A DNA stretch of 64,000 nt from a virus (IMGVR_UViG_3300020202_000075:1180-65179), one strand, 5' to 3'. Numbered from the stretch's first letter, positions 44,923 to 53,186 are shown. Made by a program: numbers and translations. The notes: generated by a model not told the origin, from the letters alone.

Positions 44923-45356
44923 TGGCGAAGAAGCGCCTTCTCCTCCGGGACGTGGTGAAGAAACGCGGGCTAATCCACGGTCTGAGCCACTTCGTTTGCG
45001 GCGTGTGCGGTCGACATTTCGAGCGCGGCGGTGGCAAAGAGGGGTTCGTAAAGAGCGGCGCGAACAACCACGTTTCTCAGTGCAACCGCATCCTGCTCAT
45101 GCTCGCCGGCTATGTGCGCGGCGAATACGTGACGGTCAAGAGGGGCAGGATGGTCAAGACCAACCTCAAGGGCATGTCGGAGTTGCGCGGGCAGGACGGC
45201 GACCACGAAGCGCTGCCCATCGACCTGACCGACCCGTATCACAAGAGCGAGGTCCGCTCGCTCAAGGCCGGATTGGCAAGACGACGTCGTGATGGCGATG
45301 TGATCGACGAGAGTCTGATCCTGCGCCGTGTAGACGGCCAGAACGACCGCAAATGA
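44922..45356 (+). CDS. hypothetical protein with CxxC..H..C
   Basis: TAATG coupling. Confidence 0.6.
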   Translation: MAKKRLLLRDVVKKRGLIHGLSHFVCGVCGRHFERGGGKEGFVKSGANNHVSQCNRILLMLAGYVRGEYVTVKRGRMVKTNLKGMSELRGQDGDHEALPIDLTDPYHKSEVRSLKAGLARRRRDGDVIDESLILRRVDGQNDRK

Positions 45357-45577
45357 GATACGTCGAGGACTCGGAAGGGCGGCGCGTCGAAACCGGAGTC
45401 TGCGATTTGGAGGACAACGAGATCGTCGTATGGGACGCGGCAGGCTTTGGCGCTACTGATATCTTCATCGAGGCCGGGCACATGACCTGGCCGCAGGTTG
45501 ATCTGCTGAAAGCCGCCATCGCGGAAGCCGAGAAGCGCTGGAGGAACATTCCTTCAGATAGACGGAATGTTCCCTAA
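45353..45577 (+). CDS. hypothetical protein
   Basis: Coupled ORF. Confidence 0.6.
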   Translation: MRYVEDSEGRRVETGVCDLEDNEIVVWDAAGFGATDIFIEAGHMTWPQVDLLKAAIAEAEKRWRNIPSDRRNVP

Positions 45578-46708
45578 GTGATCTATGGCTCGGTCTGCTC
45601 CGGTATCGAAGCCGCCACCGTCGCCTGGCACCCGCTGGGCTGGCGGGCCGCGTACTACGCCGAGATCGAGCCGTTCCCCTGCGCCTTGCTGAACGCCTAT
45701 TACCCGACCGTGCCGAATCACGGCGACATGACCAAGTTCAAGGAGTGGCCCGATGCAACTCTCGATCTTCTCGTCGGAGGCACCCCTTGCCAGTCCTTCA
45801 GCGTCGCAGGACTCCGAAAGGGACTGGATGACCCGCGTGGCAACCTCACCCTCACCTATCTTGCCGTTGCTCACAAATATCGCCCCCGTTGGCTGGTTTG
45901 GGAGAACGTCCCCGGCGTCCTGTCAGATGGAACAGGGGCTTTTGGTGCCCTCCTCGGCGGGCTGGCAAAACTCGGGTATGGGTTCGCCTACCGAGTTCTT
46001 GACGCTCAGTATTTCCGAGTGGCCCAGCAACGCCGCCGTGTGTTCGTTGTCGGATGCGCTCGAGGTTGGCAACGTGCCGCCGCGGTACTTCTTGAGCGCT
46101 CGAGCCTGCGCGGGGATTCTGCGCCGAGCCGCGAAGCGGGGAAAACAGTTGCCGGAACGCTTGGCCCAAGCTCTAGCAGCGGTCGCAGCTACGGCTCAAG
46201 TCCAATCGACAAAAGCCTCATCGCCGCCCCCGACATCGCGCGCTGCATAGCCACGCGCGAGGGAAGCTCGCAGGACTACGAGACGACGACGATGGTGGCG
46301 CAGCCGGTGGCCCACGTTGACGTGATGCCGACGATGCTCAACGGCGCGAACACGCCGGCCGGCCACAACGCCAGGAGCGGACACAGCAAGGACAGCTACG
46401 TCGTTCCCGTCCATGCGTTCGACGCCAGACAGTCGGACGTGATCCAGTACGGCGATCGCACCGGGCCGCTGGATACCTGCGGCTTCACCATCGGCGTCCA
46501 GACCGCGATGGCAGTTCGCCGGCTCACGCCGCGCGAGTGCGAGCGCCTCCAAGGGTTCCCCGACGACTACACGCTCATTGAATACAAGCGCAAGCCGGCG
46601 AAGGACGGGCCGCGCTACAAGGCGCTCGGCAACAGCATGGCCGTGCCGGTGATGCGGTGGATCGGCGAGCGCATCCAGGCCGTAGACCAAATCAGGGAGG
46701 CAGCGTGA
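45578..46708 (+). CDS. C5-cytosine DNA methyltransferase (alpha-type chain)
   Basis: SVCSGIE, GGTPCQSFS, WENVPG, QQRRRVF, ERLQGFPD, GNSMAV. Confidence 0.95.
   Translation: MIYGSVCSGIEAATVAWHPLGWRAAYYAEIEPFPCALLNAYYPTVPNHGDMTKFKEWPDATLDLLVGGTPCQSFSVAGLRKGLDDPRGNLTLTYLAVAHKYRPRWLVWENVPGVLSDGTGAFGALLGGLAKLGYGFAYRVLDAQYFRVAQQRRRVFVVGCARGWQRAAAVLLERSSLRGDSAPSREAGKTVAGTLGPSSSSGRSYGSSPIDKSLIAAPDIARCIATREGSSQDYETTTMVAQPVAHVDVMPTMLNGANTPAGHNARSGHSKDSYVVPVHAFDARQSDVIQYGDRTGPLDTCGFTIGVQTAMAVRRLTPRECERLQGFPDDYTLIEYKRKPAKDGPRYKALGNSMAVPVMRWIGERIQAVDQIREAA
45753..46250 (+). CDS. nested alternate-frame MTase beta-type polypeptide (M.EcoHK31I beta-like)
   Basis: AAGGAG RBS before ATG; CSLSDALE..PPRYFLSARACAGILRRA.KRGK.LP..L..AL. 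Confidence 0.65.
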   Translation: MQLSIFSSEAPLASPSASQDSERDWMTRVATSPSPILPLLTNIAPVGWFGRTSPASCQMEQGLLVPSSAGWQNSGMGSPTEFLTLSISEWPSNAAVCSLSDALEVGNVPPRYFLSARACAGILRRAAKRGKQLPERLAQALAAVAATAQVQSTKASSPPPTSRAA

Positions 46709-46748
46709 AAGCGGTAAGCCGTCCTTCCACACAGGCTAAGGAGTAGCT

Positions 46749-46913
46749 ATGTACGGATCAGTTGACGCAATCATGGAAGTGGCCGAGGAACGGAGAAAGC
46801 TCGCCAAGGCGCTTAAGGATTTGCTGCGCTTGCTCGGCAAGCCCGACGAACAAGACGACCCGAAGCTGGCCCTTGCCATCGAACGGGCGCTGGAAGCGGT
46901 CAAGGGTTACTAA
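46749..46913 (+). CDS. small helical protein
   Basis: AAGGAG RBS; manual translation 54 aa. Confidence 0.6.
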   Translation: MYGSVDAIMEVAEERRKLAKALKDLLRLLGKPDEQDDPKLALAIERALEAVKGY

Positions 46914-46925
46914 CGCGAGTACGTA

Positions 46926-47138
46926 ATGGAACGTTCATACCTCGACAAGTGCATGGCAGCGATGACCTACGAAGGCGGCAGATTCGGCCGCGCCTGGAGC
47001 ATGGCCGTCGCCACCTACGCCTACACCCGCGCCCACGACGGCGACGTTATCAACGATTCCGGCGACACGATCAGCTTCAGCCGGTGGTACTGCTTCTGCT
47101 GCGCCGTCAGCCTGTGGTGGGAGTACGTGCGCAAGTGA
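46926..47138 (+). CDS. hypothetical protein
   Basis: Coupled to next gene. Confidence 0.55.
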   Translation: MERSYLDKCMAAMTYEGGRFGRAWSMAVATYAYTRAHDGDVINDSGDTISFSRWYCFCCAVSLWWEYVRK

Positions 47139-47344
47139 CCCGGCACAACTTCTACCAGCGGCGCACCAGGCTCCTCAACGAGCTACAGCAGGCGCACTTG
47201 GATTACATCTGGTACATGAACGAAACTGCGCCGATGAAGAAGCGGGCCGCGACGCTGGCGGCGAGGAGAATCATGGAGAGCAGCCGGGCGCTGTGGAAGT
47301 TGCAGAGCGGTCGGTCCACCATATCAGCGTGCGCAGGCAAATGA
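47135..47344 (+). CDS. hypothetical protein
   Basis: GTGA overlap. Confidence 0.55.
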   Translation: MTRHNFYQRRTRLLNELQQAHLDYIWYMNETAPMKKRAATLAARRIMESSRALWKLQSGRSTISACAGK

Positions 47345-47456
47345 ACAACGGGCGAATCGAGAGATTGGCGAGAACGCTGGTTAAGCCGGCCGTATCCATT
47401 CGGTGCGCACCAGCCGCCCACCACGAACAGCAGTGCGACATAGACGGTACAAGCAA

Positions 47457-47687
47457 ATGAGCGATGCCCAAGAGATAGCCGACAGGATCACGCTGCAGAA
47501 CGCCATCGAAAGGGTGCGCGACTACGTGAGCATCCGCGACGAGTACCCCATGCGCGAGCTTGGCGACGTGGTGCATGCCGTTCACCTGACCACGGATTGG
47601 GAGGCGGAAATCAGGCTGTCGGACCTACGCATGATCCTGGCCGCATGGGACAAACGCCACGATGGAGATAACGGCGAGGCCAAATGA
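47457..47687 (+). CDS. hypothetical protein
   Basis: ATG start, coupled. Confidence 0.6.
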   Translation: MSDAQEIADRITLQNAIERVRDYVSIRDEYPMRELGDVVHAVHLTTDWEAEIRLSDLRMILAAWDKRHDGDNGEAK

Positions 47688-48010
47688 ACAACGACCTGTA
47701 CCAAAAGCTGCTGGATTGCTCGTTGGCGTCAACGCTGGAGATTCAGCGCCTACGCGCAGCGCTTGAACCGTTCGCGGCGTGGGCCGACTCAATGCAAACG
47801 CTGAAGGACGGTGAGAAGGTATGCGGGATCGAGGTTCGCCACTTCCGCCGTGCCGCGCAACTTCTAAGTCCCTTGCAGTTACCTCAGACGCGCGAGGAAT
47901 GCCTGTCTGAAAGCGACAACTGTCGCAAGAACAATCCAAACGTAACGCAGGTGTGCTGCTCGCTCTACTCGCAGTACGCCGCACAGGAACGACCGCAGAA
48001 GGGGGAATGA
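47684..48010 (+). CDS. hypothetical protein
   Basis: EIQRLRAALEPFA...HFRRA phage motif. Confidence 0.65.
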   Translation: MNNDLYQKLLDCSLASTLEIQRLRAALEPFAAWADSMQTLKDGEKVCGIEVRHFRRAAQLLSPLQLPQTREECLSESDNCRKNNPNVTQVCCSLYSQYAAQERPQKGE

Positions 48011-48147
48011 TGGAGAGCTTCGCTGGACTTTTCTTTGTGGCGATGGCTGTGTTTCTCGGCCTGTCGGAGATAGCCGGGGCCATCCGCCGTATGAACATCA
48101 ACGTGACCGTTGGGACCATCACCATCAAGGGCTACCACGATGAGTAG
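48007..48147 (+). CDS. small membrane protein
   Basis: GGGGGA RBS; one TM segment. Confidence 0.5.
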   Translation: MMESFAGLFFVAMAVFLGLSEIAGAIRRMNINVTVGTITIKGYHDE

Positions 48148-48180
48148 GGACGTTCCGACTCTGGAGACGGCTTACCGCCC

Positions 48181-48537
48181 ATGAACGATCAATTCCACAC
48201 CCGCGCCGACATGATCGCCGCGGGACTAACGCTGGATCAGCAGAACGATTTGCTGATGGAAAAACTGGCGCGGCTAAAGATGCAGCTTGAAGGTGCCAAA
48301 GCCCACGCAGCGGCCACCGGGGACTTCAGCGACAGGGACTGGTACAACCGCGCCAACTTCGCCTACCGCATGCTCGCCAAGGAGCACCAGCAATGCCTGC
48401 GCGAGATCGGGGAACGCAACCGGGCACGCCGTAGGGCCACTGGCGAGGAGTTTGAGCAGAAGTTCTTGGAGGTAGCTCGCCGCCGCCTGCACCCCGACGT
48501 GTTCCGCGACATCTTCGATGAGGCAAAGGCGGGATGA
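48181..48537 (+). CDS. hypothetical helical protein
   Basis: DRDWYNRA...F.EVARRRL...F..I pattern. Confidence 0.7.
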   Translation: MNDQFHTRADMIAAGLTLDQQNDLLMEKLARLKMQLEGAKAHAAATGDFSDRDWYNRANFAYRMLAKEHQQCLREIGERNRARRRATGEEFEQKFLEVARRRLHPDVFRDIFDEAKAG

Positions 48538-48805
48538 TGGACCGTGCCCTGAAGCAGGCTGTTCCCTATTGGACTAGGTGGATCTTTGTGCTCAACCGGA
48601 ATGTCACCTGGAGGCCATTCAACATCGCTGCGGCATCGAAGGACGCGACCTCAAAGCATGGCGTCAACTCATGAGAACCCTCACGAGCTCGCGCACGAGC
48701 GCAAGGAAGTTGGCTACAACGAGGGGATTGCAGACGACGTTCTTCAACTTACGGGTCATTTTTTGACCTCTTCTTCTTGTAACAACTTACCAACACTACC
48801 AGAAC

Positions 48806-49024
48806 GTGAACGACGACACCTACCTGCGTCCGGATGAGCTAGAGCGCCTGACCGGCCGCAAGTACGGCAAGGCCCAGGCGAAGAAGCTGGCCGTCCTCGG
48901 CTGGACATTCGAGATGAGCGGCGACGGGAAGGTGCTAGTGCTGCGGGCCTACCACGACCAGCGTATGGGGCTGAAAAGCCCCGCAAAGCGGCGCCGACCT
49001 CGCCTCGACGGCCTGGCGGCATAA
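48806..49024 (+). CDS. xis: excisionase (DUF4224-like)
   Basis: YLRPDELERLTGRK...Q...L..LGW.F....G..LV; upstream of integrase. Confidence 0.8.
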   Translation: MNDDTYLRPDELERLTGRKYGKAQAKKLAVLGWTFEMSGDGKVLVLRAYHDQRMGLKSPAKRRRPRLDGLAA

Positions 49025-49031
49025 TAGGCCG

Positions 49032-50030
49032 ATGGGGAGGAGGCGCACTAAGACGCCAGCTTGGATGCCGCAGCGCTGCTATCCGCACCGCCGGCAGATC
49101 GTCTACAAGCCGATCCAAGGCAAGCCCATCCCCCTCGGGCCGATCGACGACCCAGCCGCTTGCCTTCGAAAGTACGGCGAGCTCGTAGGGGACTCTAGGA
49201 AGCGCCCACGGCTCATTGGCGACGTGCTGGACCGCTACCTGACGGACGTCCTACCAAGTCTTGCGCCGCGCACGCAGGAGGACTACCAGGCGTACATCGG
49301 CAAGCTGCGCAAGGGCTTCGGGCACATGCTGCCTGACGAGATCGACATCAACGACCTGTACGACTACCACGAAGCCCGAAACGCCCCGGTGCGCGCGAAC
49401 CGGGAAATCAGCGTCTTCGGAAAGATCTACCGATACGCGATCAAGTGGCGCGCGGCCACCAGGAACCCGGTCAGCGGATTCATCTTCGCCGAGGAAAAGC
49501 CGCGCGATCGCGAGGTGTCAGGCTCCGAGCGCCGCCGCTTCGCCCGCCGGTGCTGCCCACCGTGGCTCCGCGGCTACCTTTCCTTGAAGCACCTCGCAGG
49601 CCGGCGGCAGGGCGAGCTCCTGAAGCTGACCCTATTCAGCGAACGGCACGACGGCATCTGCTTCATGATCCTCAAGAAGCGTCGCATGCGGCCCCTGGTT
49701 ATCCGCTGGACGCCGCGGCTACGGATGGTCTGGGCATGGCTCAAGGCGTTGCCACGGCCCGCGCAGAGCACTGCAATCTTCCCTGCCACCAAGGGCAAGC
49801 GCCGCGGGCAAGCGCTGTCCACACGCGGTTTCAAGAGCGCCTGGCAGCGTTCGATGGCGAAGTGGGTAGCGCTCGGCGGCGCGCACTTCACCGAGCAGGA
49901 TCTGCGCGCAGCGAGCGCCACAGCGGCCGAGACGGATGAACGCGCTCGAGAGCTCATGGACCACGAAAGCATCCGCACGACCAGGCGCGTCTACCGCCGC
50001 GGAGAGGCGAAAGTCCGGCCGCTGCGATGA
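49032..50030 (+). CDS. int: tyrosine integrase 2
   Basis: ANREIS, GRRQGELL, QDLRA, LMDH, RVYRR; adjacent att core. Confidence 0.9.
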   Translation: MGRRRTKTPAWMPQRCYPHRRQIVYKPIQGKPIPLGPIDDPAACLRKYGELVGDSRKRPRLIGDVLDRYLTDVLPSLAPRTQEDYQAYIGKLRKGFGHMLPDEIDINDLYDYHEARNAPVRANREISVFGKIYRYAIKWRAATRNPVSGFIFAEEKPRDREVSGSERRRFARRCCPPWLRGYLSLKHLAGRRQGELLKLTLFSERHDGICFMILKKRRMRPLVIRWTPRLRMVWAWLKALPRPAQSTAIFPATKGKRRGQALSTRGFKSAWQRSMAKWVALGGAHFTEQDLRAASATAAETDERARELMDHESIRTTRRVYRRGEAKVRPLR

Positions 50031-50242
50031 AAATATTCACCAAGGCCGAAAATATTCACCAGAGGTAGGTGGGGTGACCGAGGGGATTCGAACCCCCAAC
50101 AACCGGAATCACAATCCGGTCAACGAAGCACGCATAAGCGCCTGATTCTACGGCCTATGCGAAGCGCTGATCGGTGAATAAATGGCCGGTCAGGCGCTGG
50201 AAAAGTCCAACAAAATCAGTAACCGATGTGGCGATATTCACC
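50029..50242. other. attP region of phage 2 (arm repeats)
   Basis: GAAAATATTCACCA at 50029-50042 and 50048-50061; inverted GGTGAATA 50173-50180; ATATTCACC 50234-50242. Confidence 0.8.
50070..50120 (-). repeat. att core = 3' part of tRNA-His(GTG)
   Basis: Reverse complement ACCGGATTGTGATTCCGGTTGTTGGGGGTTCGAATCCCCTCGGTCACCCCA; D-arm and 5' acceptor strand absent. Confidence 0.9.
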
Positions 50243-50269
50243 GCTCGTTATACGCACCTCGGCTCATTC

Positions 50270-50695
50270 CTAGTATAGAAGCGCCGCCTCGGCCGCCCGG
50301 CGGATTACAAGCCCCGGCAGCACCTTACCGCCGCCCCTGACCCACCTTGCGAGCTCACGCTTCGCCCCCTCGACGTCGTCCTCATTGAGGCGCCGGCGCA
50401 GCGTGGATGCCTTCAGGTTGCCTAGCCCGAGGTTGTAGGCGAAGTCGGATATGGCGCAGAGGCCGTCCGAGGCCAGCCGCGGGCATAGGATCAGCGTCCC
50501 CTTGGCGAACTTGAGCGCGTCCTGCTCGAGCCGTTTGTCAGCGTATTCCTGCGTCCACGGCCTTCCCGGGAAGACGTCCAAGCCGGTGGACCCCCATCCG
50601 CACGTCCAGACCCCCGCCGGGCAAATGTAGGGGGTCAGCCGGCACCCCTCAAAGCGCCGGATCAGCGCGTAGAGCGTGGCTAGCTGATCGATCAC
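50270..50695 (-). CDS. lysozyme (GH24) endolysin
   Basis: FEGCRLTPYICPAGVWTCGWG, FAYNLG, LPGL..RR.AE; GTG start. Confidence 0.92.
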   Translation of the reverse strand: MIDQLATLYALIRRFEGCRLTPYICPAGVWTCGWGSTGLDVFPGRPWTQEYADKRLEQDALKFAKGTLILCPRLASDGLCAISDFAYNLGLGNLKASTLRRRLNEDDVEGAKRELARWVRGGGKVLPGLVIRRAAEAALLY

Positions 50696-51162
50696 TTCCC
50701 GCGTTTTGCGAGGGTGCGGTCGGCAATGTAGAACCCGAGGATCCCGGCGATGAGTTCCCTGTCCCAGTCGCCGGCCACGAACCCCTGCTGGTATAGCGCG
50801 AAGCACCACATCAGGAGCGCGATCGACGCCATGGCCGGGCGGATGGAGCCGTTCCAGGCGTCAACCCACTTGATGCCGAGCGGCTTCATTGCCGTCTTCA
50901 TCGCCTCGACGAACGCCTCGGCCTCGGTCTTCTGGATGGCGAGGTCGCCCATGACCTGGACCTCCTTCACGTTCAGGTCGGACTGCAGTTTGAGCCGCTC
51001 CATGTCGCGCTGGTGGCGCTGCGCCTCGAGGTCGGACTGGAGCTTCATCCGGTCGAGTTCTTGTGCGTGGTCCTGCTTCTTGTTGAGCCACGCGGCGATC
51101 TCGCCCCAGATCATCCTGAAGGCGGACCCGCCGAGGAAAGAGAACAGGGCGGATAGGATCAT
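50692..51162 (-). CDS. holin-like membrane protein
   Basis: N-terminal amphipathic helix, coiled coil, SIRP + two TM, GFYIADR. Confidence 0.7.
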   Translation of the reverse strand: MILSALFSFLGGSAFRMIWGEIAAWLNKKQDHAQELDRMKLQSDLEAQRHQRDMERLKLQSDLNVKEVQVMGDLAIQKTEAEAFVEAMKTAMKPLGIKWVDAWNGSIRPAMASIALLMWCFALYQQGFVAGDWDRELIAGILGFYIADRTLAKRGK

Positions 51163-51527
51163 GTGCTGTGGTCCCTGAAAGCGCGCCGCGGGATGGCCTG
51201 TAAGGGCGAACCCTCCTCATCCACGGAGAACACGAACTTCTCCATGCGGCCGTTCGACATCATTTCGAGCTCAATCCAGCAACTGGACCACTGCCGCCCA
51301 CCCCACGTCAGGCGCGCGGCCTTGAGCTTCGCGTGGAAGGGCTGGTTGATGTGCCGCAGCACCTTCTCGTCCTTGCAGGCGTCCTGAAGGAGCACGAGAA
51401 CGATTGGGCCGTTGTCCCCTTGGCCTTTGAAGGTGGGCGCTGCGTTCGCCCTTCCCGAATAGAGAACGATCGTGCCAACAATCAGCACGACGACCAAAGC
51501 CAGCGCTCCAGCTTCCCACCTGCTCAT
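51159..51527 (-). CDS. secreted protein in lysis cassette
   Basis: Signal peptide nearly identical to 5412-5732. Confidence 0.75.
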   Translation of the reverse strand: MSRWEAGALALVVVLIVGTIVLYSGRANAAPTFKGQGDNGPIVLVLLQDACKDEKVLRHINQPFHAKLKAARLTWGGRQWSSCWIELEMMSNGRMEKFVFSVDEEGSPLQAIPRRAFRDHST

Positions 51528-51736
51528 GAATCACCTCTGCTTCGTGCATAACGGATGTCGTTGATCCTCCACAGCGCCTCGCGCGAGACGTCGTGGAGTG
51601 CTGCCATCGCTTCCCAGATGCCTGACTCGCTGCCGCGGACCAAGGCCGCCTGCAGGCCCTCTTGGAGGGCCTTGACGCGGTCGCAGTGCTTGCGGATCTC
51701 TTCGTCGTTGACGATCACTTGCGCTTTCTCTTCCAC
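51524..51736 (-). CDS. small helical protein
   Basis: Counterpart of 5729-5926 (C..L...LQ...S.E...RI.D). Confidence 0.65.
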   Translation of the reverse strand: MEEKAQVIVNDEEIRKHCDRVKALQEGLQAALVRGSESGIWEAMAALHDVSREALWRINDIRYARSRGDS

Positions 51737-52800
51737 TTCAAGAAATCCACGCCCTCGTCAGCGTTCCAGAACGGCTTGACCATGTCGGGGTGGTCGGTCG
51801 GCATCGTCGGGTCGATCACCGTAAGCACGCACGGCCCCAGCGTCTGGTCGCGGAAGCCTTTGTCGCGGGCGTATCGGTCGTAAATCTTGTAGCTCGCCAC
51901 CTGGAAGCAATGGCAGGCGATGCCGCTCTCTGGATCTTTGATGATTCCGTAGCCGCTCTTGTGCTTGTGGCCGCAGATGGAGATGTGGTCGCGGACACCA
52001 TGAAAGACGGCCTTCATCGGGCCATGCGCCGGATTCCACTGCGAACTGCCACCGAAGTCGTGGCGTGCGTTGATACGCACCACCGCGCCGTTCGGGAAGT
52101 TGAGCCCTAGCCTGACCTCGGATGACTGGTAGAGCGCGTTCTCCTGCCTCGCTATCCACTTCAGGGGGTCGCCGGCGCCGCTCCAGCCGTCGTGGTTGCC
52201 GCCGATCATGTAGAGCCAGCGCGTGTCCCTGATGAGCCATTCGGCCAGCTTCCACGCTTGCTTCGCCGAGGTGGACTGGTCCCCGTACAGCTTCGCTAGG
52301 CGCCCTACCCAGTTGTTCGTCGTGTCGCCTACGTTCGCCGCGAAGAGTCCCTCCACCGAGTTGCATAGGCGCTTGTGGTGCTCGAGGGCCTCGATGTCCG
52401 TGCCGTCGTCGTCCACGTGGGGATCGCCGAAGTGCAGGATGCCGATCGGCCCGGGCACCTTGATCTTGATCGGGATGAGCTTGCGCGCCTCTTCGTGCTG
52501 CCTCTTCTTCGCGAACTGCTTTTTCCGGTGAGCGACAAGTACGTCGATGTCAACGTCGTCGTCAGGCAGCGGCGTGAAGGTGAACTCCTCCTTCTTGGCG
52601 CGCTTCATGTAGCCTGCCGCCGCTGAGTCGGACGTATCAACGGGAACGCCGAGGCGGTCTCCGGCCTGCTCGACTCGCCGGCGGACGGTCTTCTCGTCGA
52701 GCCCCATCTTTCTGGCGGCCTCGGAGTAAATCTTCCCGCACTCGACCCACACCTCGTGGGTGTGTCGGAGAACCGCTTCCGGGACGGCGGGCGTTGGCAT
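51715..52800 (-). CDS. HTH + calcineurin-like metallophosphoesterase
   Basis: SEAARKMGLDEKTVRRR HTH; GDPH, VGD, GNHD, RH, GHKH. Confidence 0.88.
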   Translation of the reverse strand: MPTPAVPEAVLRHTHEVWVECGKIYSEAARKMGLDEKTVRRRVEQAGDRLGVPVDTSDSAAAGYMKRAKKEEFTFTPLPDDDVDIDVLVAHRKKQFAKKRQHEEARKLIPIKIKVPGPIGILHFGDPHVDDDGTDIEALEHHKRLCNSVEGLFAANVGDTTNNWVGRLAKLYGDQSTSAKQAWKLAEWLIRDTRWLYMIGGNHDGWSGAGDPLKWIARQENALYQSSEVRLGLNFPNGAVVRINARHDFGGSSQWNPAHGPMKAVFHGVRDHISICGHKHKSGYGIIKDPESGIACHCFQVASYKIYDRYARDKGFRDQTLGPCVLTVIDPTMPTDHPDMVKPFWNADEGVDFLKWKRKRK

Positions 52801-52803
52801 AGC

Positions 52804-53106
52804 TTATCTCGCGGCCAGGTATCGAAGGAAGGACGGGTTGTCCTTGATGACCGCGATCAACCCGGTGGTGAGCTTCTCGACCTCCTCCTCTTTGAGATCC
52901 AGCCCCATCGCGTGCTCGATTGCGTGGATGACCTCGTGGAGCACCGTGTCCTGCTCGCCCTCAAGGGGTTGCCCCTCGAGAACGGAAATCAACTGCCCGT
53001 CCGTGTCGCACTCGCCTCGCTCATCCTCTTGCAGGGCGCCGCCTGTACGCACGAACTCGACTCGATACCGCCGCCCGATCACCTTTATGGCGGCCGGCTT
53101 TTTCAC
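52804..53106 (-). CDS. HEXXH zinc metallopeptidase-like protein
   Basis: DTVLHEVIHAI..EEEV; homolog of 7032-7361. Confidence 0.8.
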   Translation of the reverse strand: MKKPAAIKVIGRRYRVEFVRTGGALQEDERGECDTDGQLISVLEGQPLEGEQDTVLHEVIHAIEHAMGLDLKEEEVEKLTTGLIAVIKDNPSFLRYLAAR

Positions 53107-53186
53107 CACGGCACGCCCTGGTCGCAGTCCCATGGGTACTGCTCCGCGTCGTCCCATGGGTCGTAGTCGTAGTCGGGCTCGTTCAC
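53103..53186 (-). CDS. acidic PW-repeat micropeptide (27 aa)
   Basis: GAGG + GTG; GTGA overlaps at both ends; MNEPDYDYDPWDDAEQYPWDCDQGVPW. Confidence 0.45.
   Translation of the reverse strand: MNEPDYDYDPWDDAEQYPWDCDQGVPW

Noticed and set aside
50070-50120. Functional tRNA-His gene
   Set aside because: No D-arm or 5' acceptor strand; it is an att core
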